64,000 nucleotides of DNA from Candidatus Fervidifonticultor sextus (GCA_031459875.1 JAVKHQ010000007.1:34842-98841), one strand, 5' to 3'. Shown: positions 1 through 8,984, counted from the stretch's first letter. A program made the numbers and translations. Notes: a model not told the origin generated them from the sequence alone.

Positions 1-286
1 GCGCTACGACGAATCCGGCAACCTGCTCACCGGAACGTTCGCGGACTACGCCCTGCCCAGGGCTCCCCAGGTGCCCAGGGTCGAGACGATCATCGTCGAG
101 GTCCCCTCCGAGGAAGGGCCGTTCGGGGCCAAGGGCGTCGGCGAGCCGCCGGTCATTCCCGCCGCCGCGGCGATCGCCAACGCCGTGGCCGATGCGATCG
201 GAGCCCGGATCACGGCACTGCCGATCACGCCCGGGCGCATCTTCCTGGCGCTGCAGGACCAGGACGGCCGCCCGGCGACAGGATGA
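1..286 (+). CDS. Xanthine dehydrogenase/CoxL-family molybdopterin-binding subunit, C-terminal end (partial at window edge)
   Basis: Reads ...GNLLTGTFADYALP...GPFGAKGVGEPPVIPAAAAIANAVADAIG-RITALPITP, the typical C-terminus of this family. Confidence 0.9.
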   Translation, partial: RYDESGNLLTGTFADYALPRAPQVPRVETIIVEVPSEEGPFGAKGVGEPPVIPAAAAIANAVADAIGARITALPITPGRIFLALQDQDGRPATG

Positions 287-493
287 GCCCCCGCCCCAGA
301 CGGTGGGGACGGCGCCGTTGGGCCGCACCCGGTGCGGCATCCGGCGCCTGGATTCGCCGAGGCCGTCGCCCGATGATGGAGGATGGCCGGGGTGGGCGTC
401 GAATTTTCTATTTTGGTCCGTAGGGGCCGGCGGACAACACCGGAGACCGCCGCCCGCCGCAGACCAATCTCGGATGTTCCACGGAGGTGAAAG

Positions 494-1240
494 ATGCGAC
501 GATTACTGTTCGCGCTGGCGGTGGTAGTCCTCCTGGTCGTGACGGCCGGTGTTCCGGCATCGGCGGCCTCGTGGTTCCAGTTGCGGGTCAACCCGTCTTC
601 GGGCGACTGGCGTGGCGGGTCGCCCGGATTTAGTGACCTCCCGTACACGTTCACCGCCAACATGTTCGGGCTCACCGGCTTCTGGCAGCCGTCGGGGTTC
701 CGGCTGGGGCTGAGGGGGAACCTCGACACGGGATCGCTGTCGTCGTTCTCCGCGGGCATCGGCTACACCGGCGGCAACTGGCGCTGGTGGGACCTCAGCC
801 TCGGCCTGCCGCTTCCCCTCGGTCCCGCCACGGCGTTGATCTTTGCCGGCATGGGAGACACCAGGTGGCAGGCGGACCTCCCGGGCGGCTTCTCGCGCCA
901 GACCACGAGCGGCATGGTGTTTGGCGCCGACGTCTGGGTGCCGCTGAGGGAAGGCCGGTGGTACGTCTACGGCCACGCGCTGTTCGGCCCGAGCCACAAC
1001 TACAGGTACGCGAACCTCGGCTTTGACCCCAGGTTCACGGGGAAGGCGGACGTGGCCAACTACTCCGCAGCTCTCGGCTACAACTTCCCCGGCACCATGA
1101 ACAGCATCGAGCTCGGATGGCGGTCCGGCGGGTTTAGGGTGAAGGACGCCATACCGGTGATTCCTGGGGACGTAAACATCAACGGCATGGAGACCCGCTG
1201 GTCAGGCGTCTATCTCGGCGTGGTGGTGCGCCGGCCCTAG
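494..1240 (+). CDS. Secreted, probable outer-membrane beta-barrel protein
   Basis: GGAGGTG RBS; signal peptide ending ASA-A; alternating aromatic/Gly beta-strand pattern throughout. Confidence 0.65.
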   Translation: MRRLLFALAVVVLLVVTAGVPASAASWFQLRVNPSSGDWRGGSPGFSDLPYTFTANMFGLTGFWQPSGFRLGLRGNLDTGSLSSFSAGIGYTGGNWRWWDLSLGLPLPLGPATALIFAGMGDTRWQADLPGGFSRQTTSGMVFGADVWVPLREGRWYVYGHALFGPSHNYRYANLGFDPRFTGKADVANYSAALGYNFPGTMNSIELGWRSGGFRVKDAIPVIPGDVNINGMETRWSGVYLGVVVRRP

Positions 1241-1264
1241 CCGGACGGGACGGCGGACGGATGC

Positions 1265-1288
1265 GAGGGGCGGCGGATGCCGCCCCTC
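1265..1288 (+). terminator. Hairpin downstream of the beta-barrel gene
   Basis: GAGGGGCGGC-ggat-GCCGCCCCTC perfect 10-bp stem; weak U-tract. Confidence 0.5.
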
Positions 1289-1310
1289 CGTCTTGGGCCC
1301 TGCGGCATTC

Positions 1311-1319
1311 TGCTATAAT
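1311..1319 (+). promoter_or_regulatory. Extended -10 promoter of tRNA-Ala
   Basis: TGcTATAAT about 25 nt upstream of the tRNA. Confidence 0.65.
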
Positions 1320-1343
1320 CCAGGTGCGCGAAGTGTCGAACGT

Positions 1344-1418
1344 GGGGACGTAGCTCAGCGGGAGAGCACCTGCTTTGCACGCAGGGGGTCGGGGGTTCGA
1401 ATCCCCTCGTCTCCACCA
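1344..1418 (+). tRNA. tRNA-Ala(TGC)
   Basis: Acceptor stem GGGGACG/CGTCTCC with G3:U70; anticodon arm CCTGC-tt TGC ac-GCAGG; GTTCGAATC T-loop; encoded CCA. Confidence 0.98.
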
Positions 1419-1489
1419 ATCCAGTCAGGACGCGGGTTTCCGCCGTTGAGCCCCTCGCCAAACCCGCCGAAAAAGCAGGGGCTCACCCC

Positions 1490-1615
1490 CTCGCTGATGC
1501 CGTCGAGGCGTTCCTGCTGACCAAGCGCGTGGCCGGCTGTACCGAGGCCGCGCTCCAGGTCTACCCCTGGTGGCTGCGCCGGCTGACCGCCGAGGTGCCC
1601 GAGGTGACGGCGCGG
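1490..1615 (+). pseudogene. Tyrosine integrase N-terminal (core-binding/SAM-like) fragment
   Basis: LADAVEAFLLTKRVAGCTEAALQVYPWWLRRL resembles XerC/D-type N-termini; no catalytic domain follows. Confidence 0.6.
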
Positions 1616-1652
1616 CCTCGCGGCGGGTCAAGACGGTGGGTGGTCGTGTCGA

Positions 1653-2393
1653 TCAGTTGCAGCGCGGCAGCTCAATGGAGATAGGAGCGTTGAAGTCCTG
1701 GTAGTCCATACCCATCATGGGCTTGCCCTGGTCGAACATCTCCGACCGTCGCGGCATCCCGTCTGCTGTGACGTAGAAGCGCTGCTCGCCGGCGGGCTGT
1801 CCCGGCATCCGCCACACGATCCGGTAGACCCGCACGGGAACACCGCCCAGCGTCGCGTCGGAGAGCCGCCCCACCTCGACCTCGGACTCCCCGCCCCCTT
1901 GCCCACCGCTGCTCCCGCCGCCCTCGTCCAGGGTCTGGCACCGCCACCCCATGAGGCGCTGCGCGGCCGCCTGCATCATGGCGTTCACGGCCGCCTGCAT
2001 GAGGAACCCGGCGAGGAAACCGACCGGGTCCATGAAGGCGCCGATCAGCCCGCCGAGGCCGAGCGAGGGCTGCGGCACCGCCGGCTGCGCGGACCTGCTC
2101 ACGAACCGGGAGGCCACCTGTCGCCCGACGATGATCGATTCGGCCGTCCCTTCCGGGAACTCCACGACCGCCCGCCGCCGGTCGGGATTCACCACCTCCG
2201 TAAGGATCGTCATCTGTCGTTGGGCGCTCAGCTCGGGAGCTAGCGCCATGATCATCCTGTAGGTGCGGAGGGCCTGCAGGCGGTCGAAGGCCGCCTTGAC
2301 CTCCTCCCAGGCCCCCGCGTCCCCGCTCACCCGCTGGGCCAGCGCAGGCGTGACCGCCAGGACCACCAGCAGCACCGCGGCGATCAGGCGCAC
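1653..2393 (-). CDS. Secreted hypothetical protein, possibly LolA/LppX-like fold
   Basis: GTG start, signal peptide ...LAVTPALA-Q; C-terminal MDYQDFNAPISIELP pattern seen in LppX-like proteins. Confidence 0.65.
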   Translation of the reverse strand: MRLIAAVLLVVLAVTPALAQRVSGDAGAWEEVKAAFDRLQALRTYRMIMALAPELSAQRQMTILTEVVNPDRRRAVVEFPEGTAESIIVGRQVASRFVSRSAQPAVPQPSLGLGGLIGAFMDPVGFLAGFLMQAAVNAMMQAAAQRLMGWRCQTLDEGGGSSGGQGGGESEVEVGRLSDATLGGVPVRVYRIVWRMPGQPAGEQRFYVTADGMPRRSEMFDQGKPMMGMDYQDFNAPISIELPRCN

Positions 2394-2466
2394 TGCCCTC
2401 ACCCCCTGCCATGGTCTGCGGGCGGGATCCCGCCGAGTCCGTCGTCGGTTCCCGCCGCGTGCGGCG

Positions 2467-2712
2467 CTACCCCTTCGGGTAGGAGTAGTTGACCATCCAC
2501 TGCACCCCGAACCGGTCCGTGAAGCTGCCGCAGTAGTCGCCCCACACCTGGTCGGCGATCGGCATCTCGATCTTCCCACCCGCCGAAAGCGCGTTGAAGA
2601 TCCGGTCCGCCTCCTCCTTCGTCTCCGGATGGACGGAGATGTAGACGTTGTTGCCCTGCACGAGCGTCTGCCCGAGCGACTCAAGGGTGTCGGAGGCCAT
2701 CAGAACACCATT
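2467..2712 (-). pseudogene. VOC/PhnB-family protein, C-terminal half only
   Basis: LMASD...FNALSAGGKIEMPIADQVWGDYCGSFTDRFGVQWMVN; in-frame TAG just upstream, N-terminal half absent. Confidence 0.75.
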
Positions 2713-2744
2713 CTAGCAGGAGCGGCGCGAACGCGCCGGACATG

Positions 2745-2850
2745 ACAGCTCGCCCGAGGTCGCCGGGGCCTTCGCGCACGCAGACCCATACGTGACGAAC
2801 GGGCCGGTCACGCGCTGGCGGTGCGGAAGTGAACCACCGTGATCGGCGAA
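2745..2850 (+). pseudogene. YciI-family C-terminal relic
   Basis: SPEVAGAFAHADPYVTNGPVTRW, then a frameshift to VRK*TTVIGE (family pattern DPYV.NGLV..W.VR.W.TV.G). Confidence 0.65.
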
Positions 2851-2918
2851 TCCCTCGTCTCCACCAAGCGTCAAGCTGCGAGTTTCCGGCCGCGACAGGG
2901 TGACAGTCGAGACGTCCG

Positions 2919-5012
2919 TCATCGGAGATCGAACAGGTAGTACCCGCCGTCGGCGTATTCGAGCCGCGGGCCGTCTTCCCCGAACGCCTCCCGGGCCAGC
3001 CAGCCGCCGGGACGGCGCCACCGGACGATGAGCGGATACTGCGGGTACACGACGAGGTGTGTGAACCCGGCACGAGTCAGAACGGTGCGGACCTCCTGTC
3101 CGCTCTCGGCCGCCAGGACCGCATCCCGCAGGTCGCGTCCGAAGAGGCGGCCGTACCACGACAGCGGCACGAAGAAGCGATCGTAGTAGTACGCCTTGTC
3201 CTCGCCGGCACCGTAGATGCGGGCCGAGGCGGGGAGCGCGCGCCGGGCGTAGTCGGCCACGTTGAATCCCGCCACGCGTTGCTCCAGATATGCGGTCCTC
3301 GACAGCCGCCGCGCCGCCACCTGCCAGGGGAAGTATGACAGCGCCGGCGCGATCCAGGCCCCGGCCCCCAGCGCCAGCCCCACGGTCAGGACGAGGGCCG
3401 AGGACAGCGCGCCCGGGCCGCGCCGCGGCTCTGCGAACAGTCCCGCCGCCCCGACGAGGGCGGCCAGCGGGAGGACGGGCAGCAGGAACCTCAGATACTG
3501 CGCGGTCACGAACCAGATCAGACCCGACGCGCCGAGCACGCCGGCCAGCCACCGCGGGACCTGACGGCGGGCCACGGCCAGCAGGGTGGCCGGCAGGAGG
3601 ATCAGGTAGACGATGCCGAGCGTCCCGTCCTCCACGAAGCGGCCGGGGAAACGCGTGACCCGCCACGGGATCAGGAGCAGGTCCACAGGCGACCTCCCCG
3701 TCCCCTGCACCGGCAGCGCCGGCAGCCCGCCCCCTGGCCCCGCCAGCGGGCTTTTGAAGACCTCGTTGAACAGAGGAAATACCGGGTTCCCCGTCAGCAG
3801 CCAGGCCCTGAGGTACCAGTATGCTCCGGTGGCGGCCAGCCCGACGGCCAGGGCCAGCAGGTCCGGCCACAGCGAACGGTCCGCGCGCGTGCGCCGTGCC
3901 ATCAGGAGGAACGCCGCGACGCCGGGGAGTACGACTGCAGAGGCGGTGACCTTCACCCCCAGGGCCGCGCCGGCCAGTAGGCCGACCAGCAGGGCGCGTC
4001 CAGGTCCCGGTCGACGGGCGTAGCGCTCCAGGGCGGCCGCCAGCCCGACGGCGAAGAGCACGACCCAGAGATCGGTGTAGGCCGCCCCACCGACCCACCA
4101 CACCAGCGGGGTGCCGGCCGCAACCGCCGCGCCCGCCAGGCCGACGCGAGCGTTCCAGAGTCTCGCGCCCAGGTCATAGGTCAGGAAGCAGGCCGTCGCT
4201 CCGGCGAGGAAATGGAGGAGTTTGGGCACGGCCTCCCCCGGGACGAGGGTCATGCCCATGGCGAAGAGCAGGTCGCCGTTCAGCTGGAAGTAACTCGCGG
4301 CGTTCTGGCGCATCTCCACGATCGCGCCAACTCTGGCGAACTCGCGAGCAATCGGCAGGTGCGCGGCGAGCGCGTCGTAGCGCACCTCGGGGGCTGTGGC
4401 GCCCACCAGCCCGATCAACAGGAGCAGCACGAACCCCCACCACCAGGCCAGGCCCGGACGCTCCTCGGCAGGCAAGGATGCAGCGTCCCGTCCACGCCGC
4501 AGGGAAAGGACGGCGCCGCCCACGCCGGCGAGGACACATGCGACCACGAAGGGCGCCCTCAAAACCCCCAGCGTGCCCGATGCGAGGCCGAGCACGATCA
4601 AAACCGCCCACCCTGCGGTGGCCAGGAGCGGCGCGGTCTGCCAGGAGCCGGTCTCGTCGGCGAGGTCCAGCCACGGTGCGAGCATTCGTCCGTAGCCGTA
4701 GGCCGCGGCCAGCATGCAGCAGGCGACGGCGAATGCCCAGGCGACCTGGGCGCCGGCGGCGATGGACGTCGCGGCGAGGCCCGCGACCGCCACCAGCAGC
4801 CAGACGGCCCGCGCCGGCCGGCGGCGCTCGAGCCACCGTAGGGCGGCAGCAGGAACGGCCACCGCCGCGGCGCCGGCGAGTCCGACCAGGGCGAGGAACG
4901 CGTAGTCCCTCCCCGGGCGCAGGAGAGGGAGTGCAGCCACGTAGAGGGCAGGGGGCAGGGAGACCCACGGAGCCAGGATCGTGGTGAGTCGGGAGAGCCG
5001 GCTCACCGTCAT
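2919..5012 (-). CDS. Polytopic membrane glycosyltransferase (GT-C, ArnT/PMT-like)
   Basis: Many TM helices; PEVRYDALAAHL, YTDLW, LGVKVT, TGNPVFP and RFLLP motifs. Confidence 0.8.
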   Translation of the reverse strand: MTVSRLSRLTTILAPWVSLPPALYVAALPLLRPGRDYAFLALVGLAGAAAVAVPAAALRWLERRRPARAVWLLVAVAGLAATSIAAGAQVAWAFAVACCMLAAAYGYGRMLAPWLDLADETGSWQTAPLLATAGWAVLIVLGLASGTLGVLRAPFVVACVLAGVGGAVLSLRRGRDAASLPAEERPGLAWWWGFVLLLLIGLVGATAPEVRYDALAAHLPIAREFARVGAIVEMRQNAASYFQLNGDLLFAMGMTLVPGEAVPKLLHFLAGATACFLTYDLGARLWNARVGLAGAAVAAGTPLVWWVGGAAYTDLWVVLFAVGLAAALERYARRPGPGRALLVGLLAGAALGVKVTASAVVLPGVAAFLLMARRTRADRSLWPDLLALAVGLAATGAYWYLRAWLLTGNPVFPLFNEVFKSPLAGPGGGLPALPVQGTGRSPVDLLLIPWRVTRFPGRFVEDGTLGIVYLILLPATLLAVARRQVPRWLAGVLGASGLIWFVTAQYLRFLLPVLPLAALVGAAGLFAEPRRGPGALSSALVLTVGLALGAGAWIAPALSYFPWQVAARRLSRTAYLEQRVAGFNVADYARRALPASARIYGAGEDKAYYYDRFFVPLSWYGRLFGRDLRDAVLAAESGQEVRTVLTRAGFTHLVVYPQYPLIVRWRRPGGWLAREAFGEDGPRLEYADGGYYLFDLR

Positions 5013-5066
5013 CTCAGACAGGAACTCGCCGGCGCGATCGCGTAGACGGGATACCGAGCCGGAGCG

Positions 5067-5888
5067 ATGCCACCACGAGCTTCCCAGTCTACAGAGAAAG
5101 CCTTCTGGGAGCACACGGGTGATCGATTCCCTTCTCTCAAAGGGGCCCCCTCCACCGACTACTACTTCGACTGCGAGCGCACGCTCTTCCAGGACTACTT
5201 CCCCGCCCTCCAAGACCTCCTGCTCCTGAAGACCGACCTGTGGGACGAGGCCAAGAACACCGAGATCCTGCGCTGGGCCGCAGAGCAGGGGGCCAGACCC
5301 GTGGGGATCGACATTGCAGACAGCATCGTCCGGCAGGCCAGAGCGATCCTGCGCCGCCACGAGGCGTGCCTGGTGGCCGATGTGCGAGCCCTCCCATTCC
5401 GCGCCAACGCCTTCGACCTGGTCTACTCCATGGGCACGATCGAGCACTTCCCCGAGTACCGGACCGCCGTCGGCGAGATCTACCGCGTGCTGAAGCCCGG
5501 GGGCCGGGCGATCATCGGCGTGCCCAACAAACTCGACCCCTTCCTCCGTCCCCTGCTGGTCTCCCTCCTGCAGGTGCTCGGCCGCTATCCCTACGGAAGC
5601 GAGCGCGCCTTCACGCCTGCGGCCTTGCGCCGCCTCCTGACCGACGCCGGTTTTCGGGTGACGGCCCTCTCCGGGATCCTCTTCATGCCGGGCTGGCTGC
5701 GGATCGCCGACCTGTGGTGCCACCTGCGGGTTGCGCGCCTGGCCAGGCTCACCGGCTGGCTGGTCCGCCCCTTTGCCTGGGCGTACCGGCGCTTCCCTGC
5801 GCTCCGCCGCCACGGCTACCTGCTTGCCTGCGTGGTGGTGAAACCCGACGGCGCAGTGCCGGGCCTCCCTCCCGGGAAGACGTCCTGA
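5067..5888 (+). CDS. Class I SAM-dependent methyltransferase
   Basis: VGIDIA, ADVRALPF..NAFDLVYS, IEHF, RVLKPGG motifs; motif I atypical (KTDLWDE). Confidence 0.85.
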   Translation: MPPRASQSTEKAFWEHTGDRFPSLKGAPSTDYYFDCERTLFQDYFPALQDLLLLKTDLWDEAKNTEILRWAAEQGARPVGIDIADSIVRQARAILRRHEACLVADVRALPFRANAFDLVYSMGTIEHFPEYRTAVGEIYRVLKPGGRAIIGVPNKLDPFLRPLLVSLLQVLGRYPYGSERAFTPAALRRLLTDAGFRVTALSGILFMPGWLRIADLWCHLRVARLARLTGWLVRPFAWAYRRFPALRRHGYLLACVVVKPDGAVPGLPPGKTS

Positions 5889-7447
5889 TGGCCCTCCCCT
5901 GGTGGGGAGAAGCCGCCATGCTGGCCAGGCTGGCCCGCGACCTCGGGACCTTCCTCCGCACGCCGGTGACCGTCGAAGCAGCCCGCGAGGCCACGCGGGC
6001 ACGGCTGGCCTCGCGCGAGGCACGCTTCCTCCGGATTGCCAGAGAGCTGATCTACGGGTATCCGCGCAGCCCCTACCGACGCCTGCTGCGCGCGGCCGGA
6101 TGTGAGTTCGGAGACCTGGAGCGCCTGGTCGCCCGCCTGGGCCTGGAGGCGGCGCTCGCCCGCCTGGCCGCCGACGGCGTCTACGTCACCTGCGAGGAGT
6201 TCAAGGGCCGCCGAGAAGCCGTCCGCGGGAACCAGCGGTTCCACTTTGTCAACGCCGACTTCGACAACCCCCGCGCGGCGGCGCACTATGCAGCCCCAAG
6301 CGGCGGGACGCGCGGGCCGGCCGTCGCGGTGAAGATGAGCCTGACGTTCATCGAGGACCTGGCGACCAACACCGCGCTGGCGCTCCACGCGCACGGCCTG
6401 ACCGGGCACGACCACGTGATCTGGCTGGTGGCCGGCGTGACCCCGATGCTCATCTACGCGAAGCTGGGCCGGCCGCCGCTGGCCTGGCACTACCAGATCC
6501 CGCCGCTGCCGGTCCCAACGCGGGCGGGCTCCCGCTACCTGGCCCTGCTGGGCCGGCTGGCGTCGATCCGGCTGCCGGCCCCCTCCTTCCTCGATCTCCG
6601 GAACCCCGAGGCGATGGCGGCCCGCCTCGCCGGGCTGCGCCGCAGCGGGTCGCGGGTCTGCGTGACGACCTACGCCAGTTCCGCGGTCCGCATCGCCGCG
6701 GCCGCGCAGGAGCAGGGGCTCGACCTGTCAGGGGTCTGGTTCATCACCCTGGGCGAGCCCTTCACCGAGGGCAAGCGGCGCATCATCGAAGCCTCGGGGG
6801 CGCGCGCGCTGGTCCGTTACGCCTTCACCGAAGCCGGCATCATCGGTTATGCCTGCGCCACGCCCCAGGCGCCCGACGACCTCCACTTCTTCCGCGACTG
6901 CTACGGGCTGGTCCAGCGGCCGCGCCCGGTGGACGCCGCCGGCCTGCAGGTGGACGGCTTCCTGTTCACGTCGCTCCTGCCGTCCGCCCCCAAGGTCCTG
7001 CTTAACGTCGAGAGCGGCGACTACGGCGTGATCGAGCAGCGGCCGTGCGGGTGCGGCCTAGGCGAGGCGGGGCTGACCACACACCTCGCTCACATCCGCA
7101 GCTTTGAGAAACTCAGCGGCGAGGGGATGACGTTTGTCCAGACCGACCTGCTCAGGGTACTGGAGGAGGTCCTGCCCGCCCGCTTCGGCGGGACGGGCAC
7201 CGACTACCAGATCCTGGAGGAAGAGTCAGACGGCATCCTGCGGCTCGCGTTGATCGTCAGCCCCCGCGTCGGCGCCGTGGACGAGGACCGCCTGCGGCGG
7301 ACATTCCTGGAGGAACTGGGCCGTGGGGGAGCCGTGGCCCGGGTCGGCGCGCGCTTCTGGCAGCGCGCCGACACCATTGCGGTGAGGCGACAGTGGCCGA
7401 AGACCACCCCGGCGGGGAAGATCCTGCCGTTCGAGATGGCACAATGA
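5888..7447 (+). CDS. Adenylate-forming (ANL) enzyme, phenylacetate-CoA ligase/CapK-like
   Basis: SGGTRG, YAFTEAG, ESGDYG, CGCG and TTPAGKI motifs; TGATG coupling to the upstream gene. Confidence 0.7.
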   Translation: MALPWWGEAAMLARLARDLGTFLRTPVTVEAAREATRARLASREARFLRIARELIYGYPRSPYRRLLRAAGCEFGDLERLVARLGLEAALARLAADGVYVTCEEFKGRREAVRGNQRFHFVNADFDNPRAAAHYAAPSGGTRGPAVAVKMSLTFIEDLATNTALALHAHGLTGHDHVIWLVAGVTPMLIYAKLGRPPLAWHYQIPPLPVPTRAGSRYLALLGRLASIRLPAPSFLDLRNPEAMAARLAGLRRSGSRVCVTTYASSAVRIAAAAQEQGLDLSGVWFITLGEPFTEGKRRIIEASGARALVRYAFTEAGIIGYACATPQAPDDLHFFRDCYGLVQRPRPVDAAGLQVDGFLFTSLLPSAPKVLLNVESGDYGVIEQRPCGCGLGEAGLTTHLAHIRSFEKLSGEGMTFVQTDLLRVLEEVLPARFGGTGTDYQILEEESDGILRLALIVSPRVGAVDEDRLRRTFLEELGRGGAVARVGARFWQRADTIAVRRQWPKTTPAGKILPFEMAQ

Positions 7448-8142
7448 GCCCTCCCCTGCTCTCGGTCGTGATCCCGGTGTACAACGAACGGGGCACGATC
7501 GAGGAGGTGCTGCGCCGCGTCCGGGCCGTGGGGATCGCAAGCGAGATCATCGTCGTGGACGACGGCTCCACCGACGGCACGCAGGAGGCCCTCCGGCGCC
7601 TCTGCGAGCATGCCAGCCGCGATCACACCCGGATCCTCTTTCAGGCGACCAACCGGGGGAAGGGTGCCTCGGTGCGATGGGCCTTCCAGGAGGCGCGCGG
7701 CCGCATCGTCCTGATCCAGGACGCGGATCTGGAGTACGACCCCGCCGACTACCCGCGGCTGCTCCAGCCCATCCTGAACGGAGACGCCGATGTCGTCTTT
7801 GGCTCCCGGCTCCGCCAGCCGGGCTACAGCGGGAGCATCGGCCAGGTGCTGGGCAACCGCGTCCTGACCAGCCTCTCCAACCTGCTGACCGGACTGCGGC
7901 TCACCGATGTCTACGTCGGCTACAAGGTCTTCCGGCGGGAGGTGCTGGCGCAGATCCGGCTCAGGGAGGACCGGTTCGGATTCGAGGCCGAAGTCACGGC
8001 CAAGGTGGCCCGCGGCGGCTGGCGGGTGCGCGAGGTGCCCGTCTCCTACCGTCCGCGCACCTGTGCCGAGGGGAAGAAGATCAGGCTGCGGGATGCCCTC
8101 TGGGGCCTCTGGTGCATCGTCAGGTACCGGCTGGCGGACTGA
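7444..8142 (+). CDS. Glycosyltransferase family 2 (polyprenol-phosphate sugar synthase-like)
   Basis: LSVVIPVYNE, VDDGSTDGT, NRGKG, QDADLEYDP, FGSR; ATGA overlap. Confidence 0.93.
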   Translation: MSPPLLSVVIPVYNERGTIEEVLRRVRAVGIASEIIVVDDGSTDGTQEALRRLCEHASRDHTRILFQATNRGKGASVRWAFQEARGRIVLIQDADLEYDPADYPRLLQPILNGDADVVFGSRLRQPGYSGSIGQVLGNRVLTSLSNLLTGLRLTDVYVGYKVFRREVLAQIRLREDRFGFEAEVTAKVARGGWRVREVPVSYRPRTCAEGKKIRLRDALWGLWCIVRYRLAD

Positions 8143-8167
8143 CCGTGGTTCCCGGGCGGCCAGGCAG

Positions 8168-8647
8168 TCACGCGCCCCGGCCCTCTGATGCGGTCAGCGG
8201 CGCTACCCGTGCGCCCGTGGCCCGGATCAGGTCTTGGGGATCGATCCAGATCTGCAGCCCGCGCACCCCGGCGCTGACACTGATGTGCGCATGGTCCAGC
8301 GCCGAGGCGTCAATGAAGACCGGATACCGGCGCCGGGTGCCCAGGGGGGAGACCGCGCCCTTGATGTATCCGACGAGCCGCACCAGCGCCGAGGCGTCTG
8401 CCATCTCCATGCGTTTCACCCCGGCACTCCTGGCCAGCGCGCGCAGATCCAGCTCCCGGCTCCCCGGGACGCAGGCCAGGAAGACCTCACCGCGATCCGA
8501 CCGCACGACGAGCGTCTTGAAGACCTGCTCCGGCGGCAGGCCCAGCCGCGCTGCGGCCTCGGCGGCCGTGTGGGCTTCGGCCTCGAACTCCAGCAGGCGG
8601 TAGGCCAGGCCCAGGGCGTCCAGGGCGCGGGTGGCTCGGGTCCGCAT
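8168..8647 (-). CDS. ybaK: Cys-tRNA(Pro) deacylase, YbaK/EbsC family
   Basis: QVFKTLVV, GYIKGAVSPLG, SAGVRG motifs. Confidence 0.9.
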   Translation of the reverse strand: MRTRATRALDALGLAYRLLEFEAEAHTAAEAAARLGLPPEQVFKTLVVRSDRGEVFLACVPGSRELDLRALARSAGVKRMEMADASALVRLVGYIKGAVSPLGTRRRYPVFIDASALDHAHISVSAGVRGLQIWIDPQDLIRATGARVAPLTASEGRGA

Positions 8648-8710
8648 CCTGGACTACCGTTCGCCGCCTGCTTCCGGGCAGCCCTCTGGGCCAGGCAGAA
8701 CGGCGCAAAA

Positions 8711-8896
8711 GACGGCGGCCCCGGGTAGGCTCGGTGCGGCTCGCGACACTCCGCGCGGGTGACTGGGCGGTCCGCCTGGTGTCTTGCTGAGGAGGCTGTG
8801 GCCCGCTTCTTGGTCGCGGCCGGCTCCTGTCCTCGCCAGGGGGTGCCGCAGTCTCTCCCTGCCGCGAGCGCCCGCTGTACCCGGGGCCCTTCGGTC
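8711..8896 (-). ncRNA. Candidate rod-shaped ncRNA (6S RNA-like)
   Basis: Nested inverted repeats closing an 11-bp perfect stem (8717-8727/8878-8888); -10-like TATGGT 6 nt upstream; TTTT directly after the 3' end. Confidence 0.5.
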
Positions 8897-8984
8897 ACTT
8901 CCACCATAAATGAAGGGGCTTCGGGCTGGCTATCCGGTGGCCACCTGATTGCGGAGCGTGCCCCCATCCGGCCGCCTCCGCGCG

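Larger units (their letters stand above)
1398..2867. mobile_element. Decayed integrative island at tRNA-Ala (attL/attR-like repeats)
   Basis: tRNA 3' end CGAATCCCCTCGTCTCCACCAA (1398-1419) recurs as CGAATCCCTCGTCTCCACCAA (2847-2867); integrase-like fragment next to the tRNA. Confidence 0.75.

Noticed and set aside
5013..6023. Upstream extension of the 1034-aa minus-strand ORF
   Set aside because: Antisense shadow of the methyltransferase; the membrane protein begins near ATG 5012.
8660..8700. SRP RNA (CGGAAGCAG on the minus strand)
   Set aside because: Lacks the conserved CAGG-NCC-GGAA-GG-AAGCAGC domain IV pattern.
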